Positions 53,680-62,289 of a stretch of 64,000 nucleotides of DNA are shown piece after piece. Origin of the DNA: a virus. Numbering within the stretch: position 1 is the stretch's first letter; the number at the start of each line of letters is the position of its first letter. A program made the translations under genes and the position numbers. Where the stretch lies: positions 1 to 64,000 of IMG/VR virus record IMGVR_UViG_3300015241_000002. One strand, given 5' to 3'. The notes under the pieces are model-generated. The model did not search any database. It saw only the letters and a program-made list of their open reading frames with translations, and was not told the origin of the DNA.

Positions 53680-54060
53680 ATGACACAACCAAATGCCCCA
53701 CAGGAAGATGTAACAGCTAGAACTGTAAGAGTGGCCGGAGTACAAGCATTAGTTCTAGCTTACTTCGATAAGCATCCAAACCAGGTCTTACACATTGCAG
53801 AAATATCAGAAGCTGTAGGATCGCCAAGTGACAAGGTCCGCAATGCTATCAATAACATTAGGACTGGAAACAAAGCTGACGCTCAGAAGCGTTTGAAGGT
53901 CGAGCTTCAAGGTCAGGCTTGGGTTTGGCGTAGTGGCAATTTAGGAACCGATGGGTCCACACTAGATACACTCTATGTCAAGGCTTATGAATCCAAGAGT
54001 GGTGTTGTTTTAGTGGAAGATGAGAACGGCCAAGTTTACAAATTAACTCCTATTGAATAG
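53680..54060 (+). CDS. possible winged-helix DNA-binding protein
   Basis: 126 aa. LVLAYFDKHPNQVLHIAEISEAVGSPSDKVRNAINNIRTG looks like an HTH or winged-helix segment. The call is tentative. Confidence 0.4.
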   Translation: MTQPNAPQEDVTARTVRVAGVQALVLAYFDKHPNQVLHIAEISEAVGSPSDKVRNAINNIRTGNKADAQKRLKVELQGQAWVWRSGNLGTDGSTLDTLYVKAYESKSGVVLVEDENGQVYKLTPIE

Positions 54061-54069
54061 GAACATTAG

Positions 54070-54288
54070 ATGAAGCTGGGGGAATTTAGAGAAAAGACTA
54101 AAGATTTACCTGACGACACTGACATGCTCATGGAAGCCGAAGAGCATATGCAATATAATGAAATGTTTTTTCGTTGGATTCTTCCTCCAGTACTTGATCA
54201 TCCCTATGTAGTACTATTTGAGGGTGGCCAGATCTGGAACTACGAATTAGATTTAGATGCTCGTATCGATGCTAGATTAGATTTATAG
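54070..54288 (+). CDS. hypothetical protein
   Basis: 72-aa acidic ORF. Confidence 0.55.
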   Translation: MKLGEFREKTKDLPDDTDMLMEAEEHMQYNEMFFRWILPPVLDHPYVVLFEGGQIWNYELDLDARIDARLDL

Positions 54289-54298
54289 GAGAGGTGGC

Positions 54299-54562
54299 AT
54301 GGAGAAAGATTATTTGCGACCCACGGATCCACAACCAAGGGTTGACACAAGAGAATTCGACCCTGATGAGGATGACCAGAAGAAACATCTCATCCGTCAG
54401 AGCTTTGGCATGCTTGCATCGTGGGCTAAGACTCGGCCTACGGCGCGCTTGTATGAAGGCAGCGTCCACGATGACGACCACAAAATGAATAATCTAGAGC
54501 GGCGCCGTGCTAAGAATAAGATTGCAAGGAAGTCTAGACGAATCAATAGGCATCGATCCTAG
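54299..54562 (+). CDS. hypothetical protein with basic C-terminus
   Basis: 87-aa ORF with GGAGAGGTGG upstream. The C-terminus is RRRAKNKIARKSRRINRHRS. Confidence 0.55.
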   Translation: MEKDYLRPTDPQPRVDTREFDPDEDDQKKHLIRQSFGMLASWAKTRPTARLYEGSVHDDDHKMNNLERRRAKNKIARKSRRINRHRS

Positions 54563-54577
54563 AACGAGAGGCTAGTT

Positions 54578-54724
54578 ATGCAGTGCGCTTGTAACGTATT
54601 TGGTTTGTGTGTCTGGCATTTTGGGCACTTAGATCGCAAAGAAAAAGAAGCCTATGCGGCAGAGCATGGGTTTAGAACGGGCAAGACCTCTACCGTTATC
54701 ACTAGAAGGAATGATCCACGATGA
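54578..54724 (+). CDS. hypothetical protein (48 aa)
   Basis: Translated by hand. GAGAGG lies upstream. It overlaps the next gene by 4 nt. Confidence 0.4.
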   Translation: MQCACNVFGLCVWHFGHLDRKEKEAYAAEHGFRTGKTSTVITRRNDPR

Positions 54725-54894
54725 ATAGAATTGAATTAAAATCGAAGTTAATTGATGTTAGATCAGACATTGCCGTTCTTTTGAACGATCTAAACGATCC
54801 CACTGCGACAGTCGATGGTATCAACTCTAGCATTACTGATATTATCAATCAGATTGACGATCTGGAGGCCACAGAGGATGATTGGGATGAGTGA
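54721..54894 (+). CDS. hypothetical acidic coiled-coil protein (57 aa)
   Basis: Translated by hand. It has an ATGA overlap upstream. Confidence 0.45.
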   Translation: MNRIELKSKLIDVRSDIAVLLNDLNDPTATVDGINSSITDIINQIDDLEATEDDWDE

Positions 54895-55258
54895 AGCAAC
54901 ACCTTTAGTTGGTGTTGAAGCGACGCCTTTAAGTGTGGTAAGGCTGGATCCAAAGCTAGCAGAATTTGCTGTACCGGCAGGGTCCAATAAATTCTATTCT
55001 GAGAAATGCCCAACCTGTGGTTTTGAGGGATACGTAAATCCCACTACTCCTGATGGCAAACATACTTGGGAGGGAAATTGGTTCCTGTTTAGAGACCACC
55101 TTTCTGCTGTGGAATATAGAATCAGTGGAATGTGCCAAGAATGCCAAAACTCAGTCTTTGATGTTGATGACGAGCCAGAAGAGAGCTATGGAGAGTTCTA
55201 TAGTTCAGTAGACGAGGATGATTATCTAGCTTCCCGACAGGAAGACATGGATAGGTAA
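54887..55258 (+). CDS. Zn-finger protein
   Basis: Internal ATG at 54887 (MSEATPL...). The product has CPTCG...C.EC Cys pairs and an acidic tail. Confidence 0.5.
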   Translation: MSEATPLVGVEATPLSVVRLDPKLAEFAVPAGSNKFYSEKCPTCGFEGYVNPTTPDGKHTWEGNWFLFRDHLSAVEYRISGMCQECQNSVFDVDDEPEESYGEFYSSVDEDDYLASRQEDMDR

Positions 55259-55404
55259 TGTATGTAGTTGTTGCCATGATTCTTTATGCATACTGGCACT
55301 TTGTTACCATCCCAGATATGTTATTTCTAATCGTAGGGATGGTAATAAAGGGAATAGAGATCAATCCGGATGGAAAACCCATACTCAGAAAAGGCAAGAC
55401 GTAG
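55258..55404 (+). CDS. small membrane protein (48 aa)
   Basis: Translated by hand. It has a TAATG junction. The hydrophobic stretch is MYVVVAMILYAYWHFVTIPDMLFLIVGMVI. Confidence 0.35.
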   Translation: MYVVVAMILYAYWHFVTIPDMLFLIVGMVIKGIEINPDGKPILRKGKT

Positions 55405-55651
55405 GTTCCTTAGGAAGTTTGTACTCTATACGTTTTTAGCTATACCTGGTACAGTGATAGGGCTATTATTAACGCTTACAATCGTCTTGGCAATTATCGG
55501 GATTCCATTAATGTTACTATCCATTAGACCTCTCGCATTGCTTAACAAGCGGCGTGTCGCTGCCATAGTTGAGTGGGATTTCGAGCAGCTTAGACTAGCT
55601 AAAGAGTCCAAGATTTACGGACCCGAACCTAAGCGGCCATGGTTAAACTAG
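55370..55651 (+). CDS. membrane protein
   Basis: 93 aa with two hydrophobic helices (FVLYTFLAIPGTVIGLLLTLTIVLAIIGIPLMLLSI). Confidence 0.5.
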   Translation: MENPYSEKARRRFLRKFVLYTFLAIPGTVIGLLLTLTIVLAIIGIPLMLLSIRPLALLNKRRVAAIVEWDFEQLRLAKESKIYGPEPKRPWLN

Positions 55652-55827
55652 ATAGCGATGAGCCTATCCATGACAAGGCAGCACGGAGGATATTGTGGCT
55701 CGCAATAGCACACTCTGAGAGCGGACCGCAGCATGTAACCAATTTGCATTTTAACGAATTCTTTGCTTGGTTTACCTGTACCCCTCCCTGTGGGGTCTTT
55801 GTAATTCTCCAATGTGATAAATTTTAA
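55639..55827 (+). CDS. hypothetical protein
   Basis: 62-aa ORF that overlaps the upstream gene by 13 nt. Confidence 0.45.
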   Translation: MVKLDSDEPIHDKAARRILWLAIAHSESGPQHVTNLHFNEFFAWFTCTPPCGVFVILQCDKF

Positions 55828-55893
55828 ACAAAGAATCAAGATGATCTTCATTCAGCATGTCCGGTTTGTCCACTTGCCAGGCCGGGAGCCATT

Positions 55894-56124
55894 GTGAGAT
55901 TATATAGGCAAGCGATCGACCGGCGGGCGGTAATTGTGAGTGACAATAGTAGAAGCATACCTTGTATTAGCTGTGAAGGCGCAGGGTATAGCTGGAAAAG
56001 ACTTGTGGATTTCCAAGATGAAGAGACATGTAGTCATTGTAAAGGTACAGGTCTGGAGCCTGTAGTTACAATGACAAGTGGCTTTGAAGGTTCAATCCCA
56101 CCAATTAACATGCCCAAGTTATAA
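55894..56124 (+). CDS. DnaJ-type CxxCxGxG zinc-finger mini-protein
   Basis: 76-aa ORF with a GTG start. CISCEGAGY and CSHCKGTGL are two CxxCxGxG motifs. The start codon is uncertain. Confidence 0.45.
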   Translation: MRLYRQAIDRRAVIVSDNSRSIPCISCEGAGYSWKRLVDFQDEETCSHCKGTGLEPVVTMTSGFEGSIPPINMPKL

Positions 56125-56359
56125 AATTGGACGTTAGCTCTAGAGGGAGCTAATAGGTTGCTGACAGCGCACTCACCCCCACAAGGGGAACTGTAGGTAA
56201 TCATACAATTGAATAGGGTAAAAGGCCCGAGGTATAAGTTGTATTTCGGGCTTAACGGGGTAGGTCGGAATGGTTTTCCGAGCGTGTCTTATACACACGC
56301 CAAGCTGGTCCAATTCCAGATGCCCCGACTTTATAACCAAACAAACAATAGGTGAATAT

Positions 56360-56515
56360 ATGAGATGGCAAAGTTGTAGTAAGTGCGGTACAAGAATAAA
56401 GCATGGATTTCCATTTAGAGGATTGCAATTATTGTGCGGAGGCTGCATGTTTCCGCACTTCAAGTCGGATTACGCCCGTGGTGCTGGATGGACTAGTAAA
56501 AAGGATGATAGGTAA
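56360..56515 (+). CDS. Zn-ribbon mini-protein (51 aa)
   Basis: Internal ATG at 56360 preceded by AGGTGAA. The product has CSKCG...CGGC. Confidence 0.45.
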   Translation: MRWQSCSKCGTRIKHGFPFRGLQLLCGGCMFPHFKSDYARGAGWTSKKDDR

Positions 56516-56814
56516 TGTCAGATTTTAATTTAGTTAAGTCGGAATCGAAAAGTGATACTCCCCCAGCTAAAGCTGTAATGGCGTTGGAAACGACACGTAC
56601 TATTGCGGCATCAATAAGTGGGGAATTAGCTATTCTTGAAAAAAGATTAGAGCATGTAAGTTTGGCTAAGAATGTAACGGAAATGTCTGAGAAAGCTCCT
56701 TCCGTTCCAACAGATCCTAGTTCTGAATTTGTAAGTGGAATAATCGATCTAAACAATTCTCTTAGAAAAATTTTGGATCGAATTGGTGTTACTTTACAGT
56801 ATTTGGAAATTTAA
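56515..56814 (+). CDS. hypothetical protein
   Basis: 99-aa ORF with a TAATG junction. Confidence 0.55.
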   Translation: MSDFNLVKSESKSDTPPAKAVMALETTRTIAASISGELAILEKRLEHVSLAKNVTEMSEKAPSVPTDPSSEFVSGIIDLNNSLRKILDRIGVTLQYLEI

Positions 56815-56816
56815 AG

Positions 56817-56852
56817 CTTCTACTGTGCTGTCCTATTCCGGTACAGTAGAAG
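56817..56852 (+). terminator. hairpin directly after the stop at 56814
   Basis: A 10-bp stem, CTTCTACTGT (56817-56826) and ACAGTAGAAG (56843-56852), with a 16-nt loop. It opens a 330-nt ORF-free region. Confidence 0.5.
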
Positions 56853-57141
56853 AATGGGTTCCCTTTTCAGGACCCTCTTCTCCAAAAGAGGGTAGGGGAA
56901 TTCATGTAAGAGGGTAGTAGGGGAAAGATAAACCTAACATTTAGGTGCGACTAAATGAGGTTGGCCATTTGCAAGGATGGTTTAGGCTCCGGGTATGGTT
57001 GTAACGTGGATAACCAGCCGCCCGAACGTTATAATTAATACTTGTTGCAGCCGCTTTTCCCTGCTGCCTTCTACAATGTAAAGCCCACTGCATGGTTGGC
57101 AGACTGTACGGCGGGCTTTACTAACTTAGGAAGGCTAGTAC

Positions 57142-57597
57142 ATGAGCAATACAACTAAGGCAGCGCCTCCTGCGCTCTATATACATTGCAGGGCCATATA
57201 CGACAAGATGATGGAACGTGCACACGAGGAACAGCACAAAGATGGTTCCATGATCGTGTACGTTGGATTTTTGACGTATCTTATTCAAGAGCTCTCTTTA
57301 AGCAGCCCCTATTATACATTTGGAACTAAGGCTCTCAAGGAAATGGGATGCATTAGACAAATTCAACGGGGCGGTGGACGAAACCCTAGTCATTGGGAAC
57401 TTATAAAGGCACCCACCGAAGAATTGTTTAGGTTAGCAAATCCTAATGATGCATCTAAGGCACAGTTAGGAAGAAAGGGTGCTGATGCAATGTTACAGGC
57501 CCAGCTTGTAGACTTAACTAAGAGAGTCAGTTTATTAGAGAAGGCTATTGTGCCCAAAAATACAGAATTATTGGCGGATGGAGTTAGCAATGACTGA
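57142..57597 (+). CDS. hypothetical protein, possible winged-helix
   Basis: 151-aa ORF with GGAAGG upstream. LKEMGCIRQIQRGGGRNPSHWELI resembles a wing segment. The call is tentative. Confidence 0.45.
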   Translation: MSNTTKAAPPALYIHCRAIYDKMMERAHEEQHKDGSMIVYVGFLTYLIQELSLSSPYYTFGTKALKEMGCIRQIQRGGGRNPSHWELIKAPTEELFRLANPNDASKAQLGRKGADAMLQAQLVDLTKRVSLLEKAIVPKNTELLADGVSND

Positions 57598-57919
57598 GAC
57601 TAGACCGACTTTTGAGAACGCATCAAGGTGTCCCAAATGCGACACTCCTGGAGAGGATAGGAAAGACGACACTGGACCAAAAGGTTCCACATTACACTAC
57701 ATCTACTGTGTTAATTCAAGATGTAAGTGGTTCGATACTTTCTGGATCGTTCAAGTAAATAAGGATGGAACCGTTCCACCTGCTAAGGATCACACCGGAG
57801 AGAAAAAGATTTATGAGGGATTTGAAGGTCATGATCGGAGAGCAGAGGAACTTATAAACACATTGAAGCGCAACGCAGAAGCAGAATTAAGACCTGGTGG
57901 AGCCGAGCTAAATCAGTGA
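57590..57919 (+). CDS. Zn-ribbon protein
   Basis: Internal ATG at 57590, overlapping the upstream gene by 8 nt. The product has CPKCD...C..SRC Cys pairs. Confidence 0.5.
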   Translation: MTETRPTFENASRCPKCDTPGEDRKDDTGPKGSTLHYIYCVNSRCKWFDTFWIVQVNKDGTVPPAKDHTGEKKIYEGFEGHDRRAEELINTLKRNAEAELRPGGAELNQ

Positions 57920-57968
57920 ATTGGCACTAAAATAACCAACACAATCCATAGTTTAGAAATGAGGTGAA

Positions 57969-59507
57969 ATGTTAGACTTATATCCTTATCAAGAGAACGA
58001 TATCAAGAAACTCTATAGACAAAAAAGTGCAAGTATAGAATCAGAGATGGGCAGTGGCAAGACGCTCGAAGCTATAGCTCTTGAAGAATTGTGGAATCCA
58101 TTGGGAGAGAAGCCTACTCTTGTTATAGCACCAATTAATACGTTTGATACATGGCGCAGTAAGTACGCTATACAGGCTCCTGGTGTGGACTTGATTACTA
58201 TTGATCGTAAGAATGCTGAGACTAGGAACGAATTCCTAAAGAAGATTCAAAAGCGTCAAGGTGACGTATTCCTTATGCATTACGAAGCCGTTCCATTGAT
58301 GCCAAAATTACAGAAAATTGAATTTGAAGTAATTATATGCGATGAAGCACACAGACTTAGCAATTGGCGAATCAAGAGGACGCAAGCTGTAAAGAGGCTA
58401 AAGACGAATCATAAGCTTGCAATGTCTGGGACCATGACTGGAGAATACCCGGATAGGCTATGGAGTATATATGAATGGTTATGGCCTGAGTACTTTACTT
58501 CCTACTGGAGCTTTCGTAAGCGCTTTTGTGAGGAAGAGGAAGTATGGAGTGAGAAAAGACAGACTTATTATACCACAGTTGTTGGAACTAAAAATATAGA
58601 TATACTGAACGACATTCGTGATCCTTGGAGAGTGCGGCATCTCAAGAGAGAACAGTGCTGTTCGAACCATCTTAATGGGATTATGAACTGGCTGCCTGAC
58701 AAGACGTACGACGATCCTATCATGGTAGATCTTTCGCCGACACAGAGAAACTTCTATGATCAGATGGAAGCTAGCATGATTGCATGGATTGGGGAGAATC
58801 AGAACGAGCCACTTGTAGCTCAAGTAGTTATTGCTCAGCTAACCAGGCTTAATCAAATGGCATTGGCTACTCCAGAGTTCTATACCAAGTTGGTATGGAC
58901 TCCATACTATGAGCGTGAGCATGACCAAAATGGTAAGAGAATAAGTGAACCAGAGACTCCTATTATTAACCCTATTACTGGACTGGTTGAGAAGCATAGA
59001 GTACCAATTCAAGCAATCAAGCTAAAGGCTCCATCAAGTAAGATCGAAGCATGTATTGACTTTATCAAGGATCATGCTTCTCAACCATTAGTTGTATTTA
59101 GTTCTTCTAAGAAAGTGTGTTACTTAGCTCAGGAAGAATTTGCAAAACAGCATATTACTTCTGAGGTCCTAAGTGGAGATACACCACAGTCTCAAAGAGA
59201 CGGAATGGTGAAGCGTTTCAATAATGGAGATTTCCAAGTATTCATTGGAGTAATTGAAGCTGCGGCTGAGGGAATTGATGAGCTACAATTAACATGTGAT
59301 ACCATGATTTTCTTAGACAGATCTTGGAGAACAATTAAGAACAAGCAAGCAGAAGAAAGACTAGATCGTCCGGGCCAAAAGAATACAACTAGAGTCATTG
59401 ATATTCAAGCTCGTGGTACTAGAGATGCTGGAAGAAAGCAGCAACTCGAACTTAAGTGGGAAAATATCCGCAGTATGCTTGGTGACCCTACATTAGGAGA
59501 CAAATAA
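57969..59507 (+). CDS. SNF2/DEAH-box superfamily-2 helicase
   Basis: 512 aa with GAGGTGAA upstream. Motif I is EMGSGKT and motif II is CDEAHRL. The C-terminal helicase domain contains GIDELQ...DRSW...QAEERLDRPGQ. Confidence 0.85.
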   Translation: MLDLYPYQENDIKKLYRQKSASIESEMGSGKTLEAIALEELWNPLGEKPTLVIAPINTFDTWRSKYAIQAPGVDLITIDRKNAETRNEFLKKIQKRQGDVFLMHYEAVPLMPKLQKIEFEVIICDEAHRLSNWRIKRTQAVKRLKTNHKLAMSGTMTGEYPDRLWSIYEWLWPEYFTSYWSFRKRFCEEEEVWSEKRQTYYTTVVGTKNIDILNDIRDPWRVRHLKREQCCSNHLNGIMNWLPDKTYDDPIMVDLSPTQRNFYDQMEASMIAWIGENQNEPLVAQVVIAQLTRLNQMALATPEFYTKLVWTPYYEREHDQNGKRISEPETPIINPITGLVEKHRVPIQAIKLKAPSSKIEACIDFIKDHASQPLVVFSSSKKVCYLAQEEFAKQHITSEVLSGDTPQSQRDGMVKRFNNGDFQVFIGVIEAAAEGIDELQLTCDTMIFLDRSWRTIKNKQAEERLDRPGQKNTTRVIDIQARGTRDAGRKQQLELKWENIRSMLGDPTLGDK

Positions 59508-59728
59508 TGAGTGCGTTCCGTGATGCCCTTTCCGATTTGATCAATGAGAAGAATAAGGAAGCCGGTTCCAATACCCCTGATTTTGTTTTAGCTAACTATC
59601 TTGGCGACTGCCTAGACGCCTTTGATGAGGCCACCAAAGCCCGTGATGGATGGTACGGCATTGCTCCTGAGCCTGGCATGGAGACTGACACCGACGATGG
59701 TGTAGTGATGGTTCCTAAGGCTGGGTAA
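59507..59728 (+). CDS. hypothetical protein
   Basis: 73-aa ORF with a TAATG junction. Confidence 0.55.
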   Translation: MSAFRDALSDLINEKNKEAGSNTPDFVLANYLGDCLDAFDEATKARDGWYGIAPEPGMETDTDDGVVMVPKAG

Positions 59729-59729
59729 A

Positions 59730-59885
59730 ATGATAAGTACAGAAACTCTCAAAATACTAATTGATTTAGCAGAAGTTGGAAATCAAGAATCTCCGTGGGC
59801 ATGGTCAGAAGGTTTTATGTGGAAATCAGAAGAATGTGCATTGGCAATAGATAATGCACGTAATGAGTTATTGGATCTAAGATGA
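59730..59885 (+). CDS. hypothetical protein (51 aa)
   Basis: Translated by hand. It has an ATGA overlap with the next gene. Confidence 0.4.
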   Translation: MISTETLKILIDLAEVGNQESPWAWSEGFMWKSEECALAIDNARNELLDLR

Positions 59886-60196
59886 CTAATACTAGAGTTT
59901 TACCAACGATTGATGTAGATCCATCTCTAGAGGATGAAATAACCCCGATCTGTAATGTCACGGATAATTCTGGTTGGATAAGACGTAAGCATAAGCCGTG
60001 TCAAGAAAAAGCAAAGTGGATTGTATATTTCACATGCCCCACAGAAGGTAGGATGCTAGGTGGGTGTCCGGCAGGTCCAGGAAAATTTGGATACGCATGT
60101 CACAAACATCGTAGCGATATGATAGACCCCAATAGAAGAGTCCTCTGCTCGGGTTGTGGATCAAATGCAAAAGTTACAGCAGTACAGCCAATATAG
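59882..60196 (+). CDS. Cys-rich hypothetical protein
   Basis: 104-aa ORF containing 9 Cys, including a CSGCG motif. Confidence 0.5.
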   Translation: MTNTRVLPTIDVDPSLEDEITPICNVTDNSGWIRRKHKPCQEKAKWIVYFTCPTEGRMLGGCPAGPGKFGYACHKHRSDMIDPNRRVLCSGCGSNAKVTAVQPI

Positions 60197-60204
60197 GAGA
60201 CTTA

Positions 60205-60537
60205 ATGGACATTACTTTAGACCCTAACGACCAGTTCGAGGCAGTAGTAATGGAAATGGTTAGGACTAATCGAAAGAAACGTGCCGATTATGCTGGTGAT
60301 GGGCACATTTTTCAAAACTTTTATGATTCAGCATATCAACTTGGATTGACGCCTGGCTATTCTGTAGAAACACTCGTTGCCACTAAGCAATCACGCTTAC
60401 GTGTCTTGGGTGTGGAAGATAAGAGAATAGTTAATAACGAATCTAAGCGGGATACAATTTTAGACAGAGCAGTATATTCAGTTATCGCATTAGCCCTTTA
60501 TGATGAGGGTTCCTATGCTCAAACTTGGCAAGAATAA
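60205..60537 (+). CDS. DUF1599-like protein (nucleotide-modification-associated domain 1)
   Basis: Internal ATG at 60205 preceded by AGGAGA. RKKRADYAGDGHIFQNF...ATKQSRLRVL...DTILDRAVYSVIAL follows the DUF1599 pattern (K..DYg...F.NF......K..R......D...D..nY). Confidence 0.5.
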   Translation: MDITLDPNDQFEAVVMEMVRTNRKKRADYAGDGHIFQNFYDSAYQLGLTPGYSVETLVATKQSRLRVLGVEDKRIVNNESKRDTILDRAVYSVIALALYDEGSYAQTWQE

Positions 60538-60554
60538 TCAAAAGGAAAAATAAA

Positions 60555-61067
60555 ATGCCTAATCAATCTAAACCATTCAAGGTTGAAACCGAACCACGAG
60601 GAGAAATAGTACAACTATATTTTGGTATGGGCAATTGGACAGAGAGTCTGAAAGAGGCTACGGAGCAAGCAGACGGCACAGGTGTTTATGTTCGAACTGT
60701 TTATTATGGGCCTATTTCTAAAGTGGACGAAGAAGATTCCGCATTAACACCGAGTTATGTGGAGGAACTTCCAGATCATTCTGATCATGGAATAGATAGA
60801 AGAGAAGTTGTAAGAGAAGGTTTAGTAGAGCTTCGCAATGCAATGCTTACTATTCCTCGCTTCGATGAAACACTTTTGCTTAGTCATGCAATCTGGTGGT
60901 TGTCGGATCACGACGTGCCTACACCTGCACCGCTGCCTAGAGAGCTTCTGACGGCCGATCCTGCGCTCATGGCTAGCCCAGAAGGTGACGTCAAGGGATT
61001 GCAAGAGCTTAGAGACGAAATTGATTGGGTACACAACGATAATTTGAACGAGCCATGGGAAAACTAA
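60555..61067 (+). CDS. hypothetical protein
   Basis: Internal ATG at 60555. The product is 170 aa. No motif recognised. Confidence 0.5.
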   Translation: MPNQSKPFKVETEPRGEIVQLYFGMGNWTESLKEATEQADGTGVYVRTVYYGPISKVDEEDSALTPSYVEELPDHSDHGIDRREVVREGLVELRNAMLTIPRFDETLLLSHAIWWLSDHDVPTPAPLPRELLTADPALMASPEGDVKGLQELRDEIDWVHNDNLNEPWEN

Positions 61068-61231
61068 TGGTTAAGGATTTGCTACATACAGAGGAAACCA
61101 TGAGAGTCTAGTGGGTGAAGTAAGAGGTCCAACTACCTATAACTCTATGGTCATTGCAATTGAAGCAGAATACAATCCAGAAACTAACAAAACTCGCGTA
61201 AAGTTTGCCCATGTAATAGAAGGTGATTTGG

Positions 61232-61405
61232 ATGGGACTGTACCAAGCTAGATATCTTCCAGAAGATGATGACATTTGTGCCTGTGGTCACTTCGCAGGA
61301 AGTAAGACATACAGACATTGTGATGAATGTGATTGCAAAAAGTTTAACTTAGATGAAAAAGCAACTCTTTCAAATTGGGAAGCCGAGGAAGCAACGTGGG
61401 ACTAG
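61232..61405 (+). CDS. Cys-rich mini-protein (57 aa)
   Basis: ATG at 61232. The GTG at 61223 used in the track is part of the AAGGTGA Shine-Dalgarno sequence. The product has CACGH...HCDECDC. Confidence 0.45.
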   Translation: MGLYQARYLPEDDDICACGHFAGSKTYRHCDECDCKKFNLDEKATLSNWEAEEATWD

Positions 61406-61620
61406 TGGGACTGACTATTTCTCCAGACCCATCGATGAATTATGAACACGAAGTTGGCAATAATGGATGCTATATTAGCTGGTGTGGAAGCCAAGGTTAT
61501 CCCAAGGATTGTAAACAAGAGGGATGTGATGGGTTAGTCCATGCCGACTTTGGTGACGAGAATATGGACTGTGATTACTGGCTGTACACGAAATGTGATA
61601 AGTGTGGTGAAAGTGAATGA
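61405..61620 (+). CDS. Cys-rich hypothetical protein
   Basis: The GTG at 61405 overlaps the upstream TAG. An alternative ATG lies at about 61435. The product has multiple Cys pairs (CDGLVH...CDKCG). Confidence 0.4.
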   Translation: MGLTISPDPSMNYEHEVGNNGCYISWCGSQGYPKDCKQEGCDGLVHADFGDENMDCDYWLYTKCDKCGESE

Positions 61621-62018
61621 GCGTTTACGTTATCCTGGACTTTGATGACGAATTGGAGGCTAAAGAGTTTGTCATTGACGCTAGGTATGCACCATGGAAA
61701 ACAAGAACTAATACAGTAGTTGACCCTACAGTTGCAGCAGTAATCAAGAAAGCTACTGTATTCTGCCATTGTGTTAAAAGAGAGGGCTGGACTAGAGGCA
61801 GGAATTTTGGATGGTATGTCTGTGCTAGTTGCGGACACCCTACAGAAGCGTATGCATCCATAGATAGTTGGGCATCTTTTATGGGAGCGAATCTACTACC
61901 ACCAGAAATTTCCAAAGAGATGAGACCTAAAGGTTGGGAACATTCACCGAAAGAATGGACCTTCTTGTTGGCACCAAAGACCCCACAGGGAACAGAACAA
62001 ACTGACAAGGAAATTTGA
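61617..62018 (+). CDS. hypothetical protein
   Basis: 133-aa ORF with an ATGA overlap. It contains CHC...CASCGH Cys pairs. Confidence 0.55.
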   Translation: MSVYVILDFDDELEAKEFVIDARYAPWKTRTNTVVDPTVAAVIKKATVFCHCVKREGWTRGRNFGWYVCASCGHPTEAYASIDSWASFMGANLLPPEISKEMRPKGWEHSPKEWTFLLAPKTPQGTEQTDKEI

Positions 62019-62021
62019 AAA

Positions 62022-62267
62022 ATGGATCTTAACAGTGTAGAAATCAATAGCAGCGAAGCCGACCGAAAGATCCGAGCTGATGCGTTACTAACTGCTCGTA
62101 AAGTTATTTACGGCCAAGGAGCTTATGGTCCACTTTCAGTAAATCATAGTGCTGTGGCCGATACTTTAGATGTAATAACTGTAGCAAAGTGGATTGTCGA
62201 TGGTTTCGATCCCTGGCCAGAAATTCAGGATGATACACAGTGGACCCCCAAAAATTTTGATGGATAA
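62022..62267 (+). CDS. hypothetical protein
   Basis: 81-aa ORF. Confidence 0.55.
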   Translation: MDLNSVEINSSEADRKIRADALLTARKVIYGQGAYGPLSVNHSAVADTLDVITVAKWIVDGFDPWPEIQDDTQWTPKNFDG

Positions 62268-62289
62268 TTTTATCTAAGGAAGGGAACTA

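Noticed and set aside
61067-61251. Small ORFs in the 164-nt gap after gene 60555-61067 (ATG 61067-61111, 14 aa; GTG 61111-61251, 46 aa).
   Set aside because: The first is too short. The second depends on a GTG start with a modest ribosome-binding site (GAGGAA) and overlaps the next gene by 20 nt. It is plausible but not supportable from sequence alone.
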